64,000 bases of DNA. Origin: an uncultured Candidatus Peribacteria bacterium (GTDB lineage: Bacteria; Patescibacteriota; Gracilibacteria; UBA1369; UM-FILTER-53-11). Within the stretch, counting starts at the first letter, position 1. Each line of letters opens with the position of its first letter. The stretch spans positions 10,306 through 74,305 of the forward strand of contig CAYHNW010000003.1 of NCBI GenBank assembly GCA_964358095.1. Direction: 5' to 3'. Positions 1 to 6,678 of this stretch are shown piece by piece. Position numbers and translations under genes: made by a program. The notes under the pieces are model-generated. The model saw only the letters and a program-made list of their open reading frames with translations. It was not told the origin of the DNA and made no database searches.

Positions 1-441
1 TTGGCTTTTGGGGAAATATTGTGAAAGCAAATCTCCGAGAAAAAATTCGCCAAGAGAACCTCTAAGTTTTGGCGCGCGCAAAATATCTTGCAAGCTCGCA
101 ATGTCTTTTCCAACATCATAAATTCGCTTGTTGGCTTCTTCTAACTTTCCAAGTTTTTCCGTAACTCCGCCGACCACTTTTGCAGCGCTATCCAGACGTT
201 CTCCAATGTTCTTATTGGATTTTTGCAAAATATCCGCATTATTCGCCAGCTGTAGGCTGACTTGCTTTGCCTGAGCTTCAAACTGCCGCGAAATTTCACG
301 CATGCGCTCGCTAAACTGCTCATTTAAAAGCGTAAGTGCGGTGGTGTCGTCCTTTTTGCCTAAACTTGCCAGACGCTGGTATAAAAGGAAGAAACCAATG
401 CCTACAACAATCGTCAGCGCAATAACAAAAATTTCCATCAT
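1..441 (-). CDS. rmuC: DNA recombination protein RmuC, N-terminal part (runs off the left edge)
   Basis: Absent from the ORF track because it has no stop in the window. My minus-strand translation from the ATG at 441 reads MMEIFVIALTIVVGIGFFLLYQRLASLGKK...LQDILRAPKLRGSLGEFFLGDLLSQYFPKSQ, open to position 1 (147 codons). It has an N-terminal TM helix, a coiled-coil stretch and the K-x-RG-x-x-GE-x-x-L segment I associate with RmuC. Confidence 0.65.
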   Translation of the reverse strand, partial: MMEIFVIALTIVVGIGFFLLYQRLASLGKKDDTTALTLLNEQFSERMREISRQFEAQAKQVSLQLANNADILQKSNKNIGERLDSAAKVVGGVTEKLGKLEEANKRIYDVGKDIASLQDILRAPKLRGSLGEFFLGDLLSQYFPKSQ

Positions 442-449
442 ATGTGCCG

Positions 450-3263
450 TCATCGTACCACCGGAGCCGCTACCGGACAAATTAAACGATAGTCGCAGAA
501 ACTGCAGACGTAGCCGGGGGTAGGGGAGAAATCAGAGGAAGAGATCTCATCCGCAAGTTTCAAAATATCATCTTTGCAAACATCCAAACTTTTATCGGTA
601 CGTTCTGTTGATATTTTTTCGCCGGTTTCCAAAAGATAAAGGCTAAGTTTTGAAACCGGAATTTGTAGTACGTCACGGCACGCCAGGGCGTAAACGGAGA
701 GTTGTAGATTGTTCTTGAGGCTTTTCCCCTGACTTTCGCCCGTTTTATAGTCAATTACCTCATACGTTCCGTCCGGCAGACGATCTATGCGGTCTATTCG
801 TCCGTCAAAAATAGTATCTTTTATCTTAAGTTTAAAGGGGACTTCTATGTGTGAGGGGATTATTGGATTTTTCATCTCATTTGCATAAAATTTTGTAAGA
901 ATTTTAAATCCGTGTTTCTTTTGGATTTCTTGCATGGCACGTGTTTCATACCCGCCAATAATCCAATTTTTTTCATAAATCTCTCGTAAAACCGGCATCA
1001 AATTCTCATTGAACCTTTTTGCATCTTTTCGTAGAAGTAGATAAAAATCGCGCAAAGTATTGTGCATCGTTATTCCAAAATTCAAAACTGCCGGCATTTC
1101 ACCCGTAATTTTTGAAATGTATCTGAATTTATATTTAAGTGGACACATTTGAAATGTATCCAGTTGGCTATAACTCAATTTTGGCAATGGCGTTTTTATT
1201 TGTCCATGAGGCCTACTTTCAAAATCCAGCACAGTTTGTCGTGACGAGGATTTTGATTTTTTTACCTTATCAACCAAGATCGCCTTACCGCTTTCTAGAG
1301 CTTCCGCCACAAAGATAGATGGTTTCCATTGTTTTTTGCCGTCGTAAAAGTCGCTATAAGACAGAATTAAATCTTGTCTTGCACGAGTGCATGCAACATA
1401 AAATAATCTGCGCTCTTCTTCTAAATGGTGATTGCCTTCAGGGAGCGGTTCCGGAATTAATTCCGGTGGGATTTCTATTGCTTCTTTTCTATCCATTCCC
1501 GGGAATTTCCACTGAGCAAGCCCTGGCACAAAGACGGCATCAAATTCTAGCCCCTTTGCGCTATGAATGGTTAGTAACTTAATTGCGGACGGATCAATGA
1601 TCTGCGAACCGATTTCACGCTGGCCAACCTGCTCTAGCATTTGTGCGTAATTCAAAAAATCCATTACTTGCTTATGTTCGTGATTCTCTTCAAATTCGCG
1701 CACTTTCTCGGAAAACATGGCTATGTCTTCTACTATTTCTTGGCTGGCATCTTTTAAATAACCACTGTCGCGCAAAAACTTTCCGATTACTTTTGAGGCT
1801 TCATTCTTGCGTGAAAATTCCAAAAGTTCAGCAAGTATTTTTTTTACATTTTCAAATGTGGAGCCTGATACAAAATCGAACAGGGAACGGTTTTCAACTC
1901 TGGCTCGTTTTGTTATTTCCAAAATGCGCTCCATTTGGATTTTCCAAAGAGGCAAAGATAAAAATCTAAACATCGCAATGTCATCCCATGGATTAGCCAA
2001 AACTTTCAAAAGGGCAAAGCAATCTTTGATGCCAGCTTTTGTAAAAAGGTTTATGGGCGAAAAATGCTGGAATGGCGCACCTACATTTCTTAGTTTTTCC
2101 AAAAAAGGAGTTGCGAGCGCGTTGGTGCGCACCAAAATTGCCGGTGAAAGCTTCTTTTTGAGTGCCGCAATCGCTGATGAAACCACAAAATCCACTTCAT
2201 CTGCCAAGTTTTCAAAATGAAATATCTGAGTTGGCTTTTCTTTGTGTTCTTTTGCGGCCACCAATTTCTTTTCGATATTTTCGGTAGATTCGAGCCGGCG
2301 CGGGTTGTTTTTTTGTATGACGCTGTATGCCATATCCAAAATTTGCTGGCTGTTGCGATAATTGTCGCTCAAAACCACGCGGCGCGCTTCTGCAAATTCT
2401 TTTTGAAAATATTGAATATTTGTGAGTGAAGCTCCGCGCCACTTGTAAATTGCCTGATCGTCATCGCCGACAACAAGTAAGTTGCGGTGGCGTCGCGCAA
2501 GCATAGTTACTATTTTGTTTTGCGCGTAATTCGTGTCTTGAAATTCGTCCACAAGAATATATTTGAAGCGTTTTTGGTACTGCGCCAGCACAGACGCTCT
2601 TTTTTCAAACAAACGAAGCGTATGAAAAAGCAATCCACCAAAATCAATGTAGTTATTTTCAATTAAGAGCTTTTCATAAATTCCATACGACTTTGCAAGT
2701 TCGAGATGCTTTTTGGCATCCTCTTGCTCTTCGTCGTTTTTGGCTGCACTTTCCATTTTTCTCGCGTGTTCCACATACTGCTCTGGTTTAATATCCTCGT
2801 CCTTTAATCGGCTAAAATATTCCTGCATAGCCATTAAAAGCCTTTGTGGATTGCCCAAACTTCTAAAATAATCGAGCTCAAAATCGGCCAAGTGACGACG
2901 CAAAAATATCCACAAGTCCACTTCTTTCAAGATTTTGTAGTCGGTAGCGAGTCCGATATTGAGTCCGCTTTCGCGCAAAACCGCATCACAGAACGCGTGG
3001 AATGTTTTTACCCATACTGCCTCCATTCCAAGCGGAAGTTCGGAATCAATGCGATCAGTCATCTCTTGCGCGGCCTTTTCCGTAAAAGTAAGCGCCAAAA
3101 TCTGATCCGGAGAAACGCCTTTTTCTAAAATCAAATATAAAATCCTGCCTACAAGAAGGTTTGTTTTACCGGTTCCGGCGCCGGAAATTACCAAAATCGA
3201 GCCACTATCGTGAGTAATTGCCTCCCTTTGTCTTTCATTATAATTTGTAAGTGAAAACGCCAT
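450..3263 (-). CDS. UvrD/PcrA-type SF1 helicase fused to a C-terminal PD-(D/E)XK (Cas4/AddB-like) nuclease
   Basis: 937 aa. Helicase motifs: ISGAGTGKTN (Walker A), VDEFQDTN (motif II), TIHSAKGLEF, YVACTRAR. The C-terminus has CPLKYKFRY, GRIDRIDRLPDGTYEVIDYKTG, QLSVYA and CSFCDYRLIC, which is the C...CxxCx5C pattern of 4Fe-4S Cas4/AddB nucleases. Confidence 0.85.
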   Translation of the reverse strand: MAFSLTNYNERQREAITHDSGSILVISGAGTGKTNLLVGRILYLILEKGVSPDQILALTFTEKAAQEMTDRIDSELPLGMEAVWVKTFHAFCDAVLRESGLNIGLATDYKILKEVDLWIFLRRHLADFELDYFRSLGNPQRLLMAMQEYFSRLKDEDIKPEQYVEHARKMESAAKNDEEQEDAKKHLELAKSYGIYEKLLIENNYIDFGGLLFHTLRLFEKRASVLAQYQKRFKYILVDEFQDTNYAQNKIVTMLARRHRNLLVVGDDDQAIYKWRGASLTNIQYFQKEFAEARRVVLSDNYRNSQQILDMAYSVIQKNNPRRLESTENIEKKLVAAKEHKEKPTQIFHFENLADEVDFVVSSAIAALKKKLSPAILVRTNALATPFLEKLRNVGAPFQHFSPINLFTKAGIKDCFALLKVLANPWDDIAMFRFLSLPLWKIQMERILEITKRARVENRSLFDFVSGSTFENVKKILAELLEFSRKNEASKVIGKFLRDSGYLKDASQEIVEDIAMFSEKVREFEENHEHKQVMDFLNYAQMLEQVGQREIGSQIIDPSAIKLLTIHSAKGLEFDAVFVPGLAQWKFPGMDRKEAIEIPPELIPEPLPEGNHHLEEERRLFYVACTRARQDLILSYSDFYDGKKQWKPSIFVAEALESGKAILVDKVKKSKSSSRQTVLDFESRPHGQIKTPLPKLSYSQLDTFQMCPLKYKFRYISKITGEMPAVLNFGITMHNTLRDFYLLLRKDAKRFNENLMPVLREIYEKNWIIGGYETRAMQEIQKKHGFKILTKFYANEMKNPIIPSHIEVPFKLKIKDTIFDGRIDRIDRLPDGTYEVIDYKTGESQGKSLKNNLQLSVYALACRDVLQIPVSKLSLYLLETGEKISTERTDKSLDVCKDDILKLADEISSSDFSPTPGYVCSFCDYRLICPVAAPVVR

Positions 3264-3275
3264 AGGGAACTCACA

Positions 3276-4316
3276 TTATCTCAAAATCTTTTCCCATTCA
3301 ATCTCCATTTTTTCTTCTTGTATTATAAATCGCTGAGATTTCATGTGATCATGCCCTACGCATGCGAACTCTTCGGCAGCTTTTGTGTCTTCAATAGGAT
3401 ATGGAGATTTGAACCATCTTCCATATTCCCCAGTTCGTTTCATTATTGTTTTTATTTCTTCAACTTTTTTAAAATACTCGTCTGGCGAATAGGGGAGATT
3501 AAGAATGTAGAACTTGCGATTTTTAAGCGCAGTACATCCAAAACAATGTTCACACTCAAAACAATACTCGCAATATTCCAGGTTTTTGCCATACCAGCAC
3601 GTACTGCAAAAGTTACAATCATGCAATCCCATTCCACTCATTATTTCATAGGAGTTAACCACCGGATCTTCACCTGCAAACGAAACATCTGTGCAATGCA
3701 TACAGCTATTCGTGTTGTTCATGTAAAGACAATTTAGGCATTTCTCAACGTCAAAACAAAACTGGCATGAATCACTATTACTAATGTAATCGCCCGTGCA
3801 AAGTCCTTCTTCGTGATTTGCACGCATATAAATGTGAGGTCTTATTTTTTTTACCTCTTTGAATAATTTTCGCAATTCGTTTGGCTGTTTTTTCTTTAAT
3901 TTTGCCACCGTCTCAAAATACGCATCCTTTGAATATAGCTTATTGTAAATAAAATATTGTTTTCTCCATAACCCTATACAGGCAAAACAGTCCCTCAAGT
4001 CTTGGCAGTCAAAACAATAGTGGCTGTTCTCACAATCTTCGCAGTCTTGCAAAAAGGATGAATCTTTGCATTTTCTGCAGTCCAAACATTCGTAACATTC
4101 TTCGCAAGAACGACAATATGAAGAGTCTACGCAGTTTTTATTGTAATAACCCCAATAGTTATAGTGCGAATTCTTTAAAAAATCACTCCCAGTGGTGCTA
4201 TAACAATCCACGCATTTATAAGTGAAATTGCAAAAAGGACTCCGCTCGTCCCTAAAGTTCATCAGGGAGAGCCGCGGTACACTTGATCTTAGTTTTTCAA
4301 ATTGCTCAAGAAACAT
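3276..4316 (-). CDS. Cysteine-lattice repeat protein, paralog A (function unknown)
   Basis: 346 aa with no signal peptide or TM. Dense CxxC runs such as CRSCEECYECLDCRKC and CEYCFECEHCFGC. Both halves end in a C-x-G/A-C-x-x-L...(F/Y)-x-I-x-N-x-x-Y-S-x-D/E-x-Y/F motif. The N-terminus FLEQFEKLRSSVPR is shared with the other paralogs. Confidence 0.8.
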   Translation of the reverse strand: MFLEQFEKLRSSVPRLSLMNFRDERSPFCNFTYKCVDCYSTTGSDFLKNSHYNYWGYYNKNCVDSSYCRSCEECYECLDCRKCKDSSFLQDCEDCENSHYCFDCQDLRDCFACIGLWRKQYFIYNKLYSKDAYFETVAKLKKKQPNELRKLFKEVKKIRPHIYMRANHEEGLCTGDYISNSDSCQFCFDVEKCLNCLYMNNTNSCMHCTDVSFAGEDPVVNSYEIMSGMGLHDCNFCSTCWYGKNLEYCEYCFECEHCFGCTALKNRKFYILNLPYSPDEYFKKVEEIKTIMKRTGEYGRWFKSPYPIEDTKAAEEFACVGHDHMKSQRFIIQEEKMEIEWEKILR

Positions 4317-4372
4317 AAAGAGCCGATACTAATCGGTGATTCTAGCCCCTTTTACGCCTAAAATCAATATTT

Positions 4373-5305
4373 TTAACCAAATACCAGCCAATCGTAATTA
4401 CCTGATTTCTTCAACCCTTCGCGGATTTCGGCAACTTCTTTGTGCCAGGCATCTTTCGTATACTGCTTATTTAAAATCAAATATTCACGTCTATTTGTAA
4501 ACGCGCACCCAAAGAGATATTTACTATTGAAACAACCTTCGCAAAACTCGCTGTCGTGAAGATGTTCACAATAATGGCAAAAATTACTGTTCCAGCCGTC
4601 GCCAACTTGGATGCATTCATAGCAACTGTGTAAATCTACGCTAAAGTAGCAATCAAACACGTCTTCGCATTTATCACCGTATGCCGTGTAAATATCGTGA
4701 AGCCATGCGCCACTGTGAATGTTTTTCGCATTAAAACAGCCGAAACAGTCGCGTGAATTTTGAATGTTGTCACCAAAACAATTCTCGGTTTGATATTGGC
4801 GTGAAGCTACGTGCGGATGACTTTTTCTTAGTCGCTCAACTTCCGTATCAATCTCTGCACGCGGCATTTTCTTTAAATCGGAAATTTTTTCGGCATACTC
4901 TTCCTGTGAGTATCTCTTATTAAAAATAAAATTCTGGCTTCTGCGTAGCCCAACGCACCCAAAACAATTCTGGCAATTTAGGCAGTCGTAGCAGTGGTTG
5001 CAATCCGAACAATTGCGCAGAAATTGAGAAAAATCGCAGTTGTAGCTCCCATAGACTTCGATACCTTCATAACAAAGTTCGCTATTCCAAATATCTTCGC
5101 AGTCGCAGCAAAATCTGCTGCTATTAACGGTGCCGCTATACATACAGCCCTCAGAAGTATCCATATCAAAACAAAGGTAACAATTTTTAGAAAGATACAT
5201 TGCGTTACCATAGGGGCAATTTTGATTCTGGTAGCCGCTCACCGAAATACGCGGCGTCTTGAAGCACAACTGCTTAAACCCGGCTATAAATTCTTCTGCA
5301 GTCAT
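4373..5305 (-). CDS. Cysteine-lattice repeat protein, paralog B (function unknown)
   Basis: 310 aa. Contains NCSDCNHCYDCLNCQNCFGCVGLRRSQNFIFNKRYSQEEY and, in the second half, CEGCFNSKYLFGCAFTNRREYLILNKQYTKDAW. Same two-module layout as 3276-4316, 5735-6667 and 59527-60471. Confidence 0.8.
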   Translation of the reverse strand: MTAEEFIAGFKQLCFKTPRISVSGYQNQNCPYGNAMYLSKNCYLCFDMDTSEGCMYSGTVNSSRFCCDCEDIWNSELCYEGIEVYGSYNCDFSQFLRNCSDCNHCYDCLNCQNCFGCVGLRRSQNFIFNKRYSQEEYAEKISDLKKMPRAEIDTEVERLRKSHPHVASRQYQTENCFGDNIQNSRDCFGCFNAKNIHSGAWLHDIYTAYGDKCEDVFDCYFSVDLHSCYECIQVGDGWNSNFCHYCEHLHDSEFCEGCFNSKYLFGCAFTNRREYLILNKQYTKDAWHKEVAEIREGLKKSGNYDWLVFG

Positions 5306-5356
5306 ACGTCTTGAGCAAAAGCGAAAAGGGTAATTATTAAATACTTTGAAGGGAAA

Positions 5357-5398
5357 GGGGATGTGCGAAGGGGAAAACCGTCAAGGTTTTCCCCTTCG
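5357..5398 (-). repeat. Conserved stem-loop element, copy 1 (14-bp stem) 3 nt after a stop codon
   Basis: Plus strand: ggggatgtg + cgaaggggaaaacc / gtcaa / ggttttccccttcg. The second copy at 56102-56144 has the same flank and outer stem, with three compensated base-pair changes. No U-run follows in either orientation. Confidence 0.6.
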
Positions 5399-5401
5399 TT
5401 A

Positions 5402-5686
5402 CTAACCGATGTTCTGCCAGAAACACTCTTGGCAATAGACGATGTACTTGGAATCAGGCGCGTAAGTGGAAATAATATCCTTTTGGCATTTATCGCACTT
5501 TCTCTTATAAAGTTTGCGTTCGTTGCGAAGCGAAAGTCTGCGTTTTTGACGGCACTCCGGACAATTTGCAGGCCATGGCAAATCTTTCTTCTTATAAAAC
5601 TCTTGTTCCTGCGGAATTATTAAAAACTGCTTTTGGCAGGTTTCGCATTTGCGAATTTCTTCTTTTAGAGCTGCTGCGTCCGCCAT
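5402..5686 (-). CDS. Small zinc-ribbon protein (four CxxC pairs; resembles the 'probable zinc-ribbon' zf-trcl type)
   Basis: 94 aa. CETCQKQFLIIPQEQEFYKKKDLPWPANCPECRQKRR matches my recollection of the C-x2-C...EQ-x-FY...P-x-x-C-x-x-CR signature. A second ribbon follows: CDKCQK...YCQEC. Confidence 0.7.
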   Translation of the reverse strand: MADAAALKEEIRKCETCQKQFLIIPQEQEFYKKKDLPWPANCPECRQKRRLSLRNERKLYKRKCDKCQKDIISTYAPDSKYIVYCQECFWQNIG

Positions 5687-5734
5687 AGATTTAAGGAGTT
5701 AATTGCTAATATATTGCCTGGGGCTAATTCTACC

Positions 5735-6667
5735 CTACTTTATTGTCTCTGCAAGAGATTTTCCGTAGACCTTAGCCTCTTTGAGATCTTTTATGATCTT
5801 TGCCGATGCCGCCAAATATTCATCTCTGGTGAACTGGCGATTCAAGATGCAGTACTCTTTATTCATCAGATAAGTGCAACCCAGGCAACTGCGGCAATTA
5901 TAACAATTAAGGCAGTATGTAGAGTCGCTGCAACCTATGCAGTTCTCCACAAAGCTACAATTATTGCAGGAATTGACATTGTGACATTCATAACAGAGTT
6001 CAATACCGGAACAGAAATCACAATCTACATTATCGGCAGAACTGGTCTGCTGATCGTTGACGTGTGAAACGTATGCAGAATCTGAAACATTGCGCACGCT
6101 AAAACATTGGAAACAATTTTTGCTGAAATATATGTAGTCGCCAAAACAGTGTTCACCGCCTTTTAGCATACGAGCATAGAGCCGTGGATGTTTATTGAAT
6201 TGAGGTGTCAAGACCTCAATAATCTTTTTTGGAGTATTCTTTTTAAATTCAGCGACGCGTTTTCTATATACGTCTTCAGGATAACTCTTGTTAAAGATGC
6301 AGAATTTTTGTTGTCGCAACCCAAATGATCCAAAGCAATCTTTGCAATTCAAACAGTCCGTGCAGAAATCGCAATTTGAACAGTTGTGGCAATCTTGAAG
6401 ATGCGAACAGCCGTAAAGTCCGCTGCAATCCACGCATTGATAGCTGAGTTCGCATGAGCCAAGATGAGCGCAGTCCACGCAATCTCTGCACTTGGTCAAA
6501 TACTCCGAGTAATAGCAATCTTCACATTCGGTTATGAAATAGCTTAGATAAATGTTTTTTGAAAGATAGACGTAATCTGAAAACTCGCAATTTTCTGCGG
6601 TACGACTGCTGGTTGCGTTCCTTGGTTTTGAAACAAGAAGATTTTTAAATTCTTTGTAAAAGTCCAT
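5735..6667 (-). CDS. Cysteine-lattice repeat protein, paralog C (function unknown)
   Basis: 310 aa, about 35 Cys by my count. Contains CHNCSNCDFCTDCLNCKDCFGSFGLRQQKFCIFNKSYPEDVY and CLNCYNCRSCLGCTYLMNKEYCILNRQFTRDEY. It starts 11 nt after the ATPase gene stop. Confidence 0.8.
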   Translation of the reverse strand: MDFYKEFKNLLVSKPRNATSSRTAENCEFSDYVYLSKNIYLSYFITECEDCYYSEYLTKCRDCVDCAHLGSCELSYQCVDCSGLYGCSHLQDCHNCSNCDFCTDCLNCKDCFGSFGLRQQKFCIFNKSYPEDVYRKRVAEFKKNTPKKIIEVLTPQFNKHPRLYARMLKGGEHCFGDYIYFSKNCFQCFSVRNVSDSAYVSHVNDQQTSSADNVDCDFCSGIELCYECHNVNSCNNCSFVENCIGCSDSTYCLNCYNCRSCLGCTYLMNKEYCILNRQFTRDEYLAASAKIIKDLKEAKVYGKSLAETIK

Positions 6668-6678
6668 TTAGCTATAAG

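Noticed and set aside
5363-6067. Plus-strand ORFs 5363-5623 and 5714-6067 within the Cys-lattice cluster
   Set aside because: They are antisense to the zinc-ribbon and paralog C genes. The minus-strand products show conserved paralogous motifs and the plus-strand ones do not.
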